DNA from: Kofleriaceae bacterium | Lineage (GTDB): Bacteria > Myxococcota_A > Polyangia > Haliangiales > Haliangiaceae | Direction of reading: 5' to 3' | DNA length: 64,000 nucleotides | Assembly: GCA_965215005.1 (NCBI GenBank) | Contig: CBDCCZ010000027.1 | Coordinates: 1 to 64,000 of the forward strand | Part shown: one piece after another, positions 48,641-60,995 of the stretch | Layout: the number at the start of each line of letters is the position of its first letter | How positions within the stretch are numbered: the first letter of the stretch is position 1 | The notes under the pieces: model-generated | The model's database searches: none | What the model saw: only the letters and a program-made list of their open reading frames with translations | What the model was told of the DNA's origin: nothing | Translations under genes and position numbers: made by a program

Positions 48641-49990
48641 CTACGAGCGCACGCGGCGGAGCACGGCGGCGAAAAAGCCGTCGGTGCCGTGACGGTGTGG
48701 CAGGACCTCGAGATACGTGCCGTCGCCGACGCGCTCGGCGCGCTCACGCCCCCAGATCTCTTTGATGGCTACCAGCTCGAGCTCGGGCGCGCTGGCGAGC
48801 ACGCGGTCGACGACCTGCCGATTCTCCGCCTCGAGCATGGTGCACGTGGCGTAGATCAATCTGCCGCCGGGACCAAGCAGTGCCTTTGCCCGCAGGCAAA
48901 TCTCGAGCTGGCGAGCAGCGAAACGGGGAATCTCATCCTCTGTCAATCGCCAACGAGCTTCCGGGTTGCGGCGCAGCGAACCGACTCCAGAACACGGCGC
49001 ATCGACCAACACGCGATCGATGTGCCCTTCCTGCGCAGCGAGCGCCGCCGGCAAGCTATCGCCAGACTCAAGCTGCACCGCTTGCACGTTGCTCACGCCG
49101 GCCCTGCGGACCCGGCGGCGCAGCTCTTTGAGCTTGCGCTGGTCGACATCGCTGGCGATGAGGCGCCCGCGGTTCTGCATCGCTGCCGCGATCGCAAGCG
49201 ACTTGCCCCCAGCACCCGCGCAATAGTCGACGACCTTGGCTTTGGGCGGCGGCGCCACCAGCTCGGCGAGTAGCTGCGAGCCCTCGTCCTGTGCCTCGAA
49301 TCGGCCGGCGGTGAACGCCTCGAGCCCAAACAAGTTGGTGCGCGTATCGATGGTCACCGCAGCGTGACCGTAGGCGCCGCGATGCGCCGCGATCCCTTCG
49401 CGACTGAGCTCACCAATGAGCTCCTCGGGGTCGTTGCGCAAGAGGTTCGCACGCACCGTCATCGGCGCGCGTTGTGCCAGCGCCGCCGCGAGCGCATCGG
49501 CCTCGACTGCTCCATACTGCCTCACCAACGTCGCCGCAAGCCAATCGGGCAGCGAGCGCCGCACCCCGATGCGCCGCACCGCGTCGCTCTCGCGCTCCAG
49601 ACGCTCATCGATGCCGGCCACCACGGTCCAGTCGATATCCGGCAATTGCCGCGCTGCGTCTTGCACCTCGAGCCCCGCCTCGAGCAGCCAATATGCTAAG
49701 AGTCGCGCGCGGTCGGGCGCGCGCGATGCAAAGCTGGCCCCGGCCAACCGCAGAGCCTCATCGATGCGACGCAGCTGGCGAATCAACCCATATACCGTTT
49801 CAGCAATGAAGCGGCGCTCGTCGCTGCTCAGCGATCGGTGCTCGCGAAAGGCCCGCGCAAGGTTCTCCGAAGCGAAGCTCCAGTCGATGCGCGTGCGTTG
49901 CCACACGTCGAGGATCACATCCTGCACCGAGCCACCAGCGGCAGCACGCGCAGCGAGCATCCGATCCTGTGTTTTATCGTCGTCCATCAT
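48641..49990 (-). CDS. RsmB/NOP family RNA m5C methyltransferase
   Basis: QDEGSQL, DYCAGAGGKS, VLVDAPCSGVG, IYATCT, DGFFAA. Confidence 0.92.
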   Translation of the reverse strand: MMDDDKTQDRMLAARAAAGGSVQDVILDVWQRTRIDWSFASENLARAFREHRSLSSDERRFIAETVYGLIRQLRRIDEALRLAGASFASRAPDRARLLAYWLLEAGLEVQDAARQLPDIDWTVVAGIDERLERESDAVRRIGVRRSLPDWLAATLVRQYGAVEADALAAALAQRAPMTVRANLLRNDPEELIGELSREGIAAHRGAYGHAAVTIDTRTNLFGLEAFTAGRFEAQDEGSQLLAELVAPPPKAKVVDYCAGAGGKSLAIAAAMQNRGRLIASDVDQRKLKELRRRVRRAGVSNVQAVQLESGDSLPAALAAQEGHIDRVLVDAPCSGVGSLRRNPEARWRLTEDEIPRFAARQLEICLRAKALLGPGGRLIYATCTMLEAENRQVVDRVLASAPELELVAIKEIWGRERAERVGDGTYLEVLPHRHGTDGFFAAVLRRVRS

Positions 49991-50053
49991 TGAACTAAGC
50001 TCACGCTGACGCTATTGACGCCCACAGACTCCAGCGAAGGATTCCCACCCGTC

Positions 50054-51382
<1,329 letters not shown>

Positions 51383-51458
51383 GCCACCGCTGAGGGCCAA
51401 TCTTCGCACCAGCGTCTCATCGTCGGCGGCAGCCACCGCCGACGATGACGCGCTCGAC

Positions 51459-51962
51459 CTATTGCAGCGGATACGGGCTACTGAAGTAGTCCACCCCGCT
51501 GGAGCCATGGCAGCCGGTGCAGGCAGCCACGCCGTTACCATCGATAACGACGTCGCCACCGAGCACCTCGAACCAATACCAGCCTTCGCCACCGGCGCTG
51601 TCGGCATCGGTCTTGACGCTGACGGCCCAGCCTGTGCGCGTCCCCTCGGCGTCGTAGAGCTCCTTCACCGCGGCAGAGCCCACCGGGTGAGCTGCGTTAC
51701 CGGCGGCGAGCGAGGCATCCAACTTCGGGTTGATGAAGGTTCGCACCTGCCCATGAGGGCTCGGCGCGATCGGCGCATGCACGGCGCTCTCCGCCGGAAA
51801 TGCTTCGTAGTTGCCGGCCTGCAAAAACGTTTGCAACGGCTCGCCTATGGGCGGGACGTCGAACTCGTCAAAGTCCATCGCCCCCTCGTCGTCGTCGGAC
51901 GAGCAGCCCGGGGCCAGCGATCCGCAGAGCGCGACCAATAGTAGGAAACTCTTTGCTGCCAT
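51459..51962 (-). CDS. Cytochrome P460-like c-type cytochrome lipoprotein
   Basis: LAPGC lipobox, PHG..VRTFIN, GSAAVKELY, GWYWFE, C-terminal CTGCH. Confidence 0.78.
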   Translation of the reverse strand: MAAKSFLLLVALCGSLAPGCSSDDDEGAMDFDEFDVPPIGEPLQTFLQAGNYEAFPAESAVHAPIAPSPHGQVRTFINPKLDASLAAGNAAHPVGSAAVKELYDAEGTRTGWAVSVKTDADSAGGEGWYWFEVLGGDVVIDGNGVAACTGCHGSSGVDYFSSPYPLQ

Positions 51963-52159
51963 GTTGGAAACCCTTCGGTGAATGCAGTGGCGCGGCAGGT
52001 GCCGTCTCACCTGTTAGGTCGCGGGGACCGCTTTGGTTACACCTCGGGCGGCGAAAATTCGCGCCACGCCGGCAACCGGTGACGCGGCTCACCCAGGTTG
52101 TCGCTAGCACAGCGAAAGACGGCCATCCACCGGAACCTCGGTGATGGCTTGCCAGCGAC

Positions 52160-54205
52160 TCAGCGCCTTCTGCGTTTAGCAGCGAGCTGACGCCAGACCT
52201 CCGCGGCGTCTCGATTTCGTGAATCGAGCGCCAATGCACGCGCTAGGTGCGTGAGCCCGCGAGCGGATACGCCGCTGTTGAAGTCGACGACAGCTAGCAG
52301 CGCCCACGCATCGGCTCGCCGTGAATCGATCATTAGAGCGCGCTGAAGCGCGGCGCGCGCGCGCGGCAGCTGGCCGAGCCCGATGGCGTAGCGGCCGAGA
52401 TTGATCAGCGCGCTCAGCCGCAGCGGATCGAGCGCCAGCGCCTGCTCGGAGAGTGCGGCGGCCTCGGCGAGGCGACCACGACGCGCGGCGACGACGCTGC
52501 GATTGACCAACGCGGTGACGTGGCGTGGACGCAGCGCAAGCGCCGTTTCGAACATCGTCTCCGCAGCATCGAGGGCATTGGCCGTGACCGCAACGCGCCC
52601 CAGCGTCGTGAGCGCGCTCGCCAGCACCATCGCCGCTGCGCGATCGCGGCGCGAGGGGTGCGCAAACAACGCAGCCCAGCGCGCAGCACTCGCGCCGAAC
52701 GCCGCCGGTTGCGCTTTTGTATGAATAGGCGCTAGTAGCGAAACCGGCGCTCCAATCTGCAGTCGCCACCCCGCCGGGGGACTCTGTTCTCCTAGCTCCC
52801 ACGCGATTTTGCGACCCAGACCCAGCACCTCGATCAGCGCATCGTCCCGCGGCACAGCTGGAGTTTCGGCTCCAGCCAACGCCAACACGGCGTTGGTTCG
52901 AGTGGCATCCCAGAGGTGCTGCCGCACCAGCACCGCCACGTCTGGCCGAGCTTGCTCCGTCACCGTCAACAGCAGCGTGGTCGCTGCCAGCGAATCCGAC
53001 TCCACCAACAGGAGCCCTCGCGGCGGAGTCTCTGCCAGCGCTGCCTCGGCCACTGCTCGCGGCAAGTCGCCGCTGCGGGCCGACCAAATCGCCGGCAGCG
53101 ACCCCGCCGCAGGTGGCACCACCAAGAGCACCACCGCCACCGCGCCGACGAATGGACCAACCGCTCCCAGCGTCCGCACCAGCCACGCGAGCCCGACACC
53201 GGCCGCGATGCTCGCAGCGACCGCAAACGGCACGCCATTTTGCAGATCCACGAGCCCCATGGGATTGATCCACGCGCCGTAGACGAAGTCGCCAATCAGC
53301 ACCACCGCGACCGAAGCGCCAAGCCATCGACTTCGCTTGTGCCGCACGAGCCACGCAAGCCCCGCAAGCGCCGCCAGCAGCGCGAGCGGCCCGAGCGAGT
53401 CGCCGAGCTGCTCGAAGAGCTCGCCGAGGTTTTGCCGAATGACCGGCCAGCTCGTAGATCGCATCTCTTCGCCGTAGGCGCGGCGAATTCGCGCCGCCGT
53501 GACGTGCTCGAGGAACCCGCTGATCCGCTGCGGATGGCCCCAATCGATGCGCTCGACGCGGCGCACCGGCAGATACACATAGAGCGCGCCGGCGACCAGC
53601 ACGACCAACAGGGGCGCCAACAGCGGCCACCGCGCGCCGCGCCGCAGTCGCATCAGCCAAACCGCCAGCGCCGGCAGCACCACCAGGCCGATGCTGGTGT
53701 GAGTGCCGAGGCCCAGCCCCAAGAGGATCGCGAGCCCGAGCCCCTCGGCCGCCTCGCCGCCGCGAGCGACCCGATCGAGTAGTAGCAGCGCCGCCGCGAG
53801 CAGCACGGCCATGGGCAAGTACACCTCGGTTACCGTGGCTTGCCGAAGGAACACCAGCGATACCGCGAGGGTGGAGCCAGCGGCCGCGCCGCCCAGCACC
53901 GCGGCCCCATCACCCCGAGCGGTGGCTTGCACCAGCTGAGCCACCAGCAGCACGCACACTCCGCCGCAGCTCGCGGAGACGAGATTGACGCGAAACGCCA
54001 ACTCGCCAATGGGAATCAATGCCAGCAGCTTGCCGACCACCATCAGCAGCGGAAACCCAGTGGGATGCGGCGAGCCCCAACCGACCGCGGCGGCGCCGAG
54101 CTCACCCGAATCGAGCCAGTACGTCCCCGGCGGCGCGGCGAATACGAACATCACGAATGCCAACGCGCTCACCACCCGCGGCACCCAAACGGTGGCGCGC
54201 TGCAT
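52160..54205 (-). CDS. DUF2723 / glycosyltransferase-like membrane protein with C-terminal TPRs (start uncertain)
   Basis: YWLDSGEL..HPTGFPL, ATVTEVY, YVYLPVR..DWGHP, TPR helices. Confidence 0.8.
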   Translation of the reverse strand: MQRATVWVPRVVSALAFVMFVFAAPPGTYWLDSGELGAAAVGWGSPHPTGFPLLMVVGKLLALIPIGELAFRVNLVSASCGGVCVLLVAQLVQATARGDGAAVLGGAAAGSTLAVSLVFLRQATVTEVYLPMAVLLAAALLLLDRVARGGEAAEGLGLAILLGLGLGTHTSIGLVVLPALAVWLMRLRRGARWPLLAPLLVVLVAGALYVYLPVRRVERIDWGHPQRISGFLEHVTAARIRRAYGEEMRSTSWPVIRQNLGELFEQLGDSLGPLALLAALAGLAWLVRHKRSRWLGASVAVVLIGDFVYGAWINPMGLVDLQNGVPFAVAASIAAGVGLAWLVRTLGAVGPFVGAVAVVLLVVPPAAGSLPAIWSARSGDLPRAVAEAALAETPPRGLLLVESDSLAATTLLLTVTEQARPDVAVLVRQHLWDATRTNAVLALAGAETPAVPRDDALIEVLGLGRKIAWELGEQSPPAGWRLQIGAPVSLLAPIHTKAQPAAFGASAARWAALFAHPSRRDRAAAMVLASALTTLGRVAVTANALDAAETMFETALALRPRHVTALVNRSVVAARRGRLAEAAALSEQALALDPLRLSALINLGRYAIGLGQLPRARAALQRALMIDSRRADAWALLAVVDFNSGVSARGLTHLARALALDSRNRDAAEVWRQLAAKRRRR

Positions 54206-54437
54206 CGTTACCGCACTGCTCGTCGCGATCGAACCGGCTCCTAATGAATCGGCACCTTGCTCGCTAGCTCCGCGAAAGGTGCTGCGAGGCGATTCTACCC
54301 ATTCCGGGCTCGCGCGTCGCGTAGGCGAGGTCATCCGTATCAGCGCGCTCATGCGTTGACGTCCAGCGCCGTCGCCAGCGTCGTATGCTGCGTCCCCGCT
54401 TGCCACCGGCAGGTGGTCTTCGTACCTTCGACGCCAC

Positions 54438-55376
54438 ATGGAGATCTTCGAGGGACACCGGGCGCTGCTTCGGCCACTGGTGACGCCCGCGGTCGCGTTG
54501 GGCAACTTCGATGGCGTGCATCTGGGTCATCGAGCGCTGCTCGCTCGCGCCGCTGCCGCCGCACAGCGCAGCCATGGCGATGCCGTCGCATTCACCTTCG
54601 CGCCGCATCCCGCAAAGGTCCTCGCCCCCGCGTACGCACCCCAGCTCATCACCACGGCCGCCCGCAAGCTCGAGCTCCTCGCTGCCAGTGGCATCGACGT
54701 CTGCATCACCGAGCCGTTCACGCTCGAGCTCGCCGCGCTGCCTCCCGAGGAGTTCGTCCGCCAGATCCTCGTTGACTGCATCGGCGCCGCGCATGTCGTC
54801 GTTGGCTACGATTTTACGTTCGGGCACAAGCGGGCCGGCACGACCGAGTTGCTTCGCGAGCTCGGTCGCCGCTGGGACTTCGAGGTCGAGATCGTCGAGC
54901 CAGTGACGATCGATGGCATCGTTGCATCGAGTACCAAAGTGCGTAACTTCGTGTCCCAGGGCAACCTAGCGGGCGCGCGGCTCCTGCTCGGCCGGCCGCT
55001 CGACCTCGATGGAGTGGTGGTTCGCGGCGCGGGTCGAGGCCGCACCATCGGCGTTCCCACCGCCAACCTCGAGCACCGCGCCGAGCTGTTGCCAAACGCT
55101 GGCGTCTACGCCGTGCAAGTGCAGCTCGATGATGGCCGCTGCCTGCCCGGTGCCGCCAATCTGGGCACCAATCCCACGTTCGTCGCCGACGGCGGGCTGT
55201 CGCTCGAGGTCCACTTGCTCGACTTCGATGAAGAACTGTATGGGCAGCACCTGCGGGTGCAGTTCATCGAGCGGCTGCGAGGTGAGCGCCGATTTACCGG
55301 CGTCGACGAGCTGGTGGCGCAAATTCACCAGGACATTGCGCGCGCGCGGGAATCTCTCACCCCTTCGCCGACGTGA
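54438..55376 (+). CDS. ribF: Bifunctional riboflavin kinase / FAD synthetase
   Basis: GNFDGVHLGH, VGYDFTFG, SSTKVR, GVPTAN, EVHLLDF. Confidence 0.96.
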   Translation: MEIFEGHRALLRPLVTPAVALGNFDGVHLGHRALLARAAAAAQRSHGDAVAFTFAPHPAKVLAPAYAPQLITTAARKLELLAASGIDVCITEPFTLELAALPPEEFVRQILVDCIGAAHVVVGYDFTFGHKRAGTTELLRELGRRWDFEVEIVEPVTIDGIVASSTKVRNFVSQGNLAGARLLLGRPLDLDGVVVRGAGRGRTIGVPTANLEHRAELLPNAGVYAVQVQLDDGRCLPGAANLGTNPTFVADGGLSLEVHLLDFDEELYGQHLRVQFIERLRGERRFTGVDELVAQIHQDIARARESLTPSPT

Positions 55377-55432
55377 TGTATGGTGCCCCGGCGTCACCTG
55401 GCGCCGCTGCGCTGCCGGGTGCGGAGGAACTC

Positions 55433-56308
55433 ATGAGCTTTCACGGAGCAATGACTGCACTCGTCACTCCTATGCGTGATGGACGAGTGGACTACGACGC
55501 CCTCGCGGGCCTCATCGAAGATCAAATCGCCGCCGGTATCGCCGGCCTCGTCGCGGTAGGCACGACTGGCGAGTCCTCCACGCTCGACATGAACGAGCAC
55601 ATCGACGTCATCCGCTTCGTCATCGAGGCGGCGCGCAAACGCGTCCCGGTGCTCGCCGGCGCCGGTGCCAACGCCACCGCCGAAGCTCTCGAGCTCACTG
55701 CCGCGAGCGAAAAAGCCGGAGCCGACGGTCTCCTTCAGGTCACGCCCTACTACAACAAACCGACGCAAGAGGGCCTCTACCGCCACTTCGAGACGTTGGC
55801 TAGGGCCACCAAGCTTCCGGTTCTCCTTTACAACGTGCCGGGTCGGACATCGTGCGACCTGTTGCCTGCAACGGTCGAACGTCTGGCGCGAATCGGCAAT
55901 ATCGTCGGCATCAAAGAAGCAACACCGAGCACCGTGCGCGCCACCGAGCTCCTCGAGCGCTGCCCCCGGGACTTCGTGGTCCTCTCCGGCGATGACTTCA
56001 CCACGTTTCCGCTGTACGCCGTTGGCGCTCACGGCGTGGTCTCAGTGGTGTCCAACGTGATGCCCGCGCAGATGGTGCAAATGTGGCAAGCGGTGCAGTC
56101 TGACAACTGGGCTCGTGCTCGTGAGCTGCATTTCCGCATTCAGCCGCTCACGCGTCTGCTCTTCGTCGAAGCCAATCCCATCGGAGTGAAAGCGGCTCTC
56201 GCCTTGCTCGGCAAGATTGACTGGGAGCTGCGGCCACCGCTGTATACCGCCTCCGACGCTCTCATCGAGCAGCTGCGCCAGCAGCTCACCCGTGATGGAT
56301 TGTTGTAG
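55433..56308 (+). CDS. dapA: 4-hydroxy-tetrahydrodipicolinate synthase
   Basis: GTTGES, PYYNKP, LYNVPGRT, GIKEA, SGDD. Confidence 0.96.
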   Translation: MSFHGAMTALVTPMRDGRVDYDALAGLIEDQIAAGIAGLVAVGTTGESSTLDMNEHIDVIRFVIEAARKRVPVLAGAGANATAEALELTAASEKAGADGLLQVTPYYNKPTQEGLYRHFETLARATKLPVLLYNVPGRTSCDLLPATVERLARIGNIVGIKEATPSTVRATELLERCPRDFVVLSGDDFTTFPLYAVGAHGVVSVVSNVMPAQMVQMWQAVQSDNWARARELHFRIQPLTRLLFVEANPIGVKAALALLGKIDWELRPPLYTASDALIEQLRQQLTRDGLL

Positions 56309-57097
56309 GTGAATCAGACCGCAAAACTGTGCGTGCTGGGCGCGGGCGGCCGCATGGGCCGCATGGTGCTCGAGCTCTGCAGCCGCGGCGTTAGAGGTAT
56401 CGAGCTCGCCGCGGCGCACGACCGCGCGGGCGCCTCCGCCGTCGGCAGTCCCTGCGGAAAGGTCGTGGTCACTGACCAGCTGCGCGAAGCGCTCGCGGCA
56501 GCCGACGTATATATTGATTTCACGCTGCCCGCCGCCACCGCTGAAGCCGCCCGCATCGCCGCCGAGCTCGGCGTCGCAGCGGTGGTCGGCACCACTGGAT
56601 TGACGAGCGAAGCATCGACAGCGCTGGAGGCGCTGGCTACGCGCGCGCCGGTCCTGGTGAGCGCCAACTTCTCCCTCGGCATCAATGTTCTCCTCGGTCT
56701 CGCTGAACGAGCTGCTCGCGCCCTTGGTCCCGCGTTCGATCTCGAGATCGTCGAGGCCCACCACCGCCACAAGCGCGATGCACCGTCTGGCACGGCGCTC
56801 GCCCTCGGCGCCGCCGTGGCCCGTGGTCGCAACGTCGAGCTCGCCGCAGCCGCGCGGCTGAGCCGTGAAGGCGACGTCGGTCCCCGTCCTGCGGGCGAAA
56901 TCGGGTTTGCGAGCATTCGCGGCGGCGCCATCGCCGGCGAGCACACCGCCTACTTCATCAGCGATAGCGAGCGCATCGAGCTCACCCACCGTGCCGCCGA
57001 TCGCTCCATCTTCGCCGCTGGCGCGCTTCGCGCCGCCGCCTGGATGCCAGGCCAGAAACCTGGCCACTACACGATGCGCGACGTCCTCGCGCTGTGA
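56309..57097 (+). CDS. dapB: 4-hydroxy-tetrahydrodipicolinate reductase
   Basis: GAGGRMG, IDFT, GTTG, EAHHRHKRDAPSGTA. Confidence 0.96.
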   Translation: MNQTAKLCVLGAGGRMGRMVLELCSRGVRGIELAAAHDRAGASAVGSPCGKVVVTDQLREALAAADVYIDFTLPAATAEAARIAAELGVAAVVGTTGLTSEASTALEALATRAPVLVSANFSLGINVLLGLAERAARALGPAFDLEIVEAHHRHKRDAPSGTALALGAAVARGRNVELAAAARLSREGDVGPRPAGEIGFASIRGGAIAGEHTAYFISDSERIELTHRAADRSIFAAGALRAAAWMPGQKPGHYTMRDVLAL

Positions 57098-57196
57098 GCG
57101 TGTCAGCGTCGATGCGAGCTCACGCTGTAGGCGCTCTGCCAATGCGATGCAGGCTCGGTCCTCACGGCACCGCTCGGCGATGACGCTGCGCCGCTG

Positions 57197-58975
57197 TCAC
57201 TCCTCGTGCGGCTGTAGTCGGTCGCAGAGCTGATCCATCAGCGCCGCCGCACGGGTGGGTTCGCCGTCGCGGATTGCAGCGCGAGTGCGCAGCACGTCGG
57301 CAACGAGGCTGCGCAGTCGCTCGCGCGACGCGGTGAGGCCGACCTCGAGCAGGGTGAGCTCGGCCTCACGAACGCCGAGCTGCGAGGCGAGTTCCACGAG
57401 GCGGGGCTCCTCGTCGCCAGCTTCCAGCGCCTCGCGGCTGGCTTCGCCGAGCGCGGTGAGGCCATCTTGAAGCTCGGCCAAGAGCTCGCGGTCGCTGCGG
57501 AAGTCACCGCTGAGGACCTCGAGCTGGTGCTTTATCCGCGCCATGGGGGCGCCGTTCTGCCCCGCGGCCGCCGGCGGGGATTCTGTGGACGCCGCCGGCA
57601 ACGCAGCGTCGCTTGGGTCCGACTGCTGCTCGCGCGTTTCCTCCAGCTGCCTTTCCAGCTCAGCGCTCCGCTGCTCCTCTCGATCGAGCTGATTCTTCAC
57701 CCCCACCAGCTTGCTCTGCGCCTCTTCCATGGCGCGCGCCAGGGCCTTTTGCGCCTCCCGGCGTTGCTCGGCTGATTTCACCACCGCTTGTTCGCGATGC
57801 GCCTCGAGCTCCGCCTGCAGCTCGCCGACGCGGCGCCAGACCTCATCGCTCTTGGCCTCGGCGTCCCGCCAATTTTTCGTGACGCGCTCGAGCTTGCTCT
57901 CCAGCTCGGTGACCTGGTCCGCGGCTGCAGCACCACTCGAGGCCGCGAGCTCCTCGCGCAGCTCGCGAACGCAGGCCTGACTCTCCGCGAGAGCATCTTC
58001 TAGGGTCGCAACCCGCCGCGCGTGCTCCTTCAACGCCCGAGAAATGAGCTCTGAAGCGCTGGGCCCTTCATCTTTGGCCTCGAGCTCCGCGATTCGCGCG
58101 CGTAGCTGCGCGTTCTCCGCGGTCATCGCCGCGAGCTGGTTCTCGTCCCGGGCCACGAGCGTATCCTCGACGTCCTCGAGCTCACTGCGCAGACGTTCCG
58201 CCTCCGTGAGCGCAAGCAGTCGGTCGCGCAACGCCTCCTCGAGCTGCCGGCGCAACGCGGCATCTTCGCCTTCCGCAGGCGCCGCCGCGTCTAGCTCGAG
58301 CAAGCTCGCCCACTCCGAAACCCCAACCCGCGCCGGTGTCTGCACGAGCGTATATCGCAGCGCTAGCTCTGCCGCGTCACCACCACAAAGCGCGACATAC
58401 GCAACGACGTCCTCATCGACGTCGCTTTCCATCATCAAGGAGGTGTCGAGCTCGACCGTCGAGGCGAACGCAGAGCCTTCGAGCTCCGCCAACACCGTGC
58501 CCACCAGCGGCGCCACTGCCACCACGCGAATCGGAGCGAACAGCGCGCCCAACCGGTCTGAGAGCTCGTAAAACGAAACGCCGCCGCGAGCGCTAGCGCG
58601 ATCGCCGCTACGTACGGTCCAGACCATCAAGCCATCAGCGCGCAACACGCGATGAAGCTCGGCCATGACGCTGCTGCGACGCAACGCAGCGGCGCCATCC
58701 ATCACGATGATGCAATCGAAGCTGCCGTCGTCCTGTTCGATGGCGGCCGGATCGTCGCTGCGATATTCCAAGTTCGCGAGCCGATAGCGCTGCCGCGCGC
58801 GCTCGACCGCCGCCGCGCTATCGAGACCCAGCACGTGCGCCGCCCCCATCTGCGCCAAGCGCCATGATCCGATGCCATCGCCGCATCCGAGCTCGAGCAC
58901 GCGACGGTCTGCGATGGCGTCAGCAATGAGCTGGTAACACGCGAGACGACCGACGTGCGAGGACCCAAACTCCAT
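57197..58975 (-). CDS. Class I SAM-methyltransferase-like domain fused to a long coiled coil
   Basis: [19 protein letters not shown]; roughly 350 aa of E/R/L/A heptads. Confidence 0.78.
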   Translation of the reverse strand: MEFGSSHVGRLACYQLIADAIADRRVLELGCGDGIGSWRLAQMGAAHVLGLDSAAAVERARQRYRLANLEYRSDDPAAIEQDDGSFDCIIVMDGAAALRRSSVMAELHRVLRADGLMVWTVRSGDRASARGGVSFYELSDRLGALFAPIRVVAVAPLVGTVLAELEGSAFASTVELDTSLMMESDVDEDVVAYVALCGGDAAELALRYTLVQTPARVGVSEWASLLELDAAAPAEGEDAALRRQLEEALRDRLLALTEAERLRSELEDVEDTLVARDENQLAAMTAENAQLRARIAELEAKDEGPSASELISRALKEHARRVATLEDALAESQACVRELREELAASSGAAAADQVTELESKLERVTKNWRDAEAKSDEVWRRVGELQAELEAHREQAVVKSAEQRREAQKALARAMEEAQSKLVGVKNQLDREEQRSAELERQLEETREQQSDPSDAALPAASTESPPAAAGQNGAPMARIKHQLEVLSGDFRSDRELLAELQDGLTALGEASREALEAGDEEPRLVELASQLGVREAELTLLEVGLTASRERLRSLVADVLRTRAAIRDGEPTRAAALMDQLCDRLQPHEE

Positions 58976-59016
58976 ACGCCAGTTGTATCATTGCCTCTAG
59001 CGCGCATCGCTCTCGC

Positions 59017-59298
59017 TCAGCGACGCACTTGGAATGGAGCGGCGCCCTCATCGAGCTCGATCGACTCAGCCTCGACCGACTCCACCATGGCCGCGGGCGG
59101 TCCGCTTTGGCACCACGCAATGAGCGCGTCGACGTCGGCCGCGGGTCCCTGTGCTTCGAGCAAAACCGAGCCGTCGGGCTGATTTTTCACCCACCCACGC
59201 AACCTCAGTTGAGCTGCTCGCTCGCGCGTCGAGGCGCGATAGCCAACCCCTTGCACCCTGCCGCGCACCCGGATCCGCTTGCGAAGTGTCTGCCTCAT
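59017..59298 (-). CDS. acyP: Acylphosphatase
   Basis: [28 protein letters not shown]. Confidence 0.92.
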   Translation of the reverse strand: MRQTLRKRIRVRGRVQGVGYRASTRERAAQLRLRGWVKNQPDGSVLLEAQGPAADVDALIAWCQSGPPAAMVESVEAESIELDEGAAPFQVRR

Positions 59299-59335
59299 GG
59301 CCGTAACGCACCTTGCCAACGCGGGGCCAAACAGC

Positions 59336-59365
59336 TTGACAGTCCGCGGGCTTCGATTCTAACTC
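59336..59365 (+). promoter_or_regulatory. Putative sigma70 promoter of rho
   Basis: TTGACA followed 17-18 nt later by a CTAACT/TAACTC -10-like box. Confidence 0.3.
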
Positions 59366-59478
59366 TAGAGAACCCTCTTCGCTCGACTCTCGCGCGATCC
59401 TTTAGCTACCTCACCACGATCCACGCCTTCCCGAGATGGGCCGTCCCCGGCCGTTTCGCGCGGAGTGCCAGGAGCCTC

Positions 59479-60732
59479 ATGCACCTCACCGAACTCAAGC
59501 GCAAAAGCATCCGCGAGCTCACCGAGATGGCCGAGAGCATGCAAGTCGAAGGCATCGGCACGCTGCGTCGGCAGGAGCTGGTGTTCGCCTTGCTCAAAGC
59601 GCAAGGTGAACGGCAAGGTGACATCACCGCGGAGGGTGTGCTCGAGATTCTGCCCGACGGCTTCGGTTTCCTGCGCGCCCCAGACGCCAACTACCTGCCG
59701 GGCGCAGACGACATCTACGTCTCACCCTCGCAGATTCGCCGCTTCAACCTCCGCACCGGCGATACGGTGACCGGGCAGATTCGGCCGCCAAAGGAGTCTG
59801 AGCGGTACTTCGCGCTGTTGCGCGTCGGCCAGATCAACGGCGAGACCCCCGACTCGCAGCGCAACAAAATCCTGTTCGACAACCTGCGCGCACTCTATCC
59901 CGACGAGAAGTTCAAGCTCGAGTACACGCCCAAGAACATGTCGACGCGGATCATCGATCTGCTGTGTCCGCTGGGCAAAGGACAGCGCTGCCTGATCGTC
60001 TCGCCACCGCGCGCTGGTAAGACGATGCTCCTGCAAGACATCGCGCACGCCATCGAGCACAACCACCCAGAGGTGGTGATGATCGTGCTGCTCATCGACG
60101 AGCGCCCCGAAGAGGTCACCGACATGCGACGCACCGTCAAAGGCGAGGTCATTTCCTCAACCTTCGACGAGCCGCCCTCGCGGCACGTGCAAGTAGCGGA
60201 AATCGTCATCGAGAAGGCCAAGCGCCTCGCCGAGAACCAGCGCGACGTGGTGATCCTGCTCGACTCGATCACACGTTTGGCGCGCGCCTACAATACAGTG
60301 GTGCCTTCATCGGGCAAGATCCTCTCGGGCGGCGTCGATTCCAACGCGCTCCACAAGCCCAAGCGATTCTTTGGCGCCGCGCGCAATCTCGAGGAAGGCG
60401 GCTCTCTCACCATCATCGGTACCGCGCTGGTGGATACCGGCTCGCGCATGGACGAGGTCATCTTCGAGGAGTTCAAGGGCACCGGCAACTCCGAGATTCA
60501 CCTCGACCGCAAGCTCATGGAGAAACGCATCTTCCCGTGCCTCGACATCAACAAGTCCGGCACTCGCAAAGAAGAGCTATTGATGAAGAGCGACGTCCTC
60601 AATCCGGTATGGGCGTTGCGCCAGCTGCTCCATCCGCTCAACGTGATCGACGCCCTCGAGTTCCTGCGCGACAAGCTGGTCAAGACCGATACCAACGGCG
60701 AGTTCATCGACGCGATGATCAATCCCTCCTGA
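59479..60732 (+). CDS. rho: Transcription termination factor Rho
   Basis: [46 protein letters not shown]. Confidence 0.97.
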   Translation: MHLTELKRKSIRELTEMAESMQVEGIGTLRRQELVFALLKAQGERQGDITAEGVLEILPDGFGFLRAPDANYLPGADDIYVSPSQIRRFNLRTGDTVTGQIRPPKESERYFALLRVGQINGETPDSQRNKILFDNLRALYPDEKFKLEYTPKNMSTRIIDLLCPLGKGQRCLIVSPPRAGKTMLLQDIAHAIEHNHPEVVMIVLLIDERPEEVTDMRRTVKGEVISSTFDEPPSRHVQVAEIVIEKAKRLAENQRDVVILLDSITRLARAYNTVVPSSGKILSGGVDSNALHKPKRFFGAARNLEEGGSLTIIGTALVDTGSRMDEVIFEEFKGTGNSEIHLDRKLMEKRIFPCLDINKSGTRKEELLMKSDVLNPVWALRQLLHPLNVIDALEFLRDKLVKTDTNGEFIDAMINPS

Positions 60733-60995
60733 GCTGCAACCGCTAGCAAAGCAATAAGTAACGCGTGAGACGCTGAACGACCCCCGCGAGCAGCCCATTG
60801 CCGCCCTTGCCCCGCATCGGAGCGGCGGCGTTTCGTATCACCAATCCCGCGGCGGCCTGCCGGCAGCATAGCGCTCCGGCTGGTGGTGCCAATGCTAGGC
60901 GCAGGTTGTCTTCTGCGGCCCCTTCTGCGGCCGCGCGCATCGATTTCGCTTGCTGGCCGTTGAGGTTGTTTCGACGCTACTGCTAGGTTTGCTCG

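Noticed and set aside
40429..48692. Long antisense ORFs (40429-42153 +, 46926-48692 +; similarly 24716-25912 -)
   Set aside because: Shadow frames of well-supported genes in high-GC DNA, with no recognisable motifs.
51963..52159. Structured intergenic region as a riboswitch (e.g. c-di-GMP)
   Set aside because: One hairpin (GCCATC..GATGGC) is present but I could not match a riboswitch consensus; an Rfam search would be needed.
59029..59478. N-terminal extension of Rho in the ORF track
   Set aside because: It overlaps acylphosphatase on the other strand; ATG 59479 has an RBS and matches the normal Rho start.
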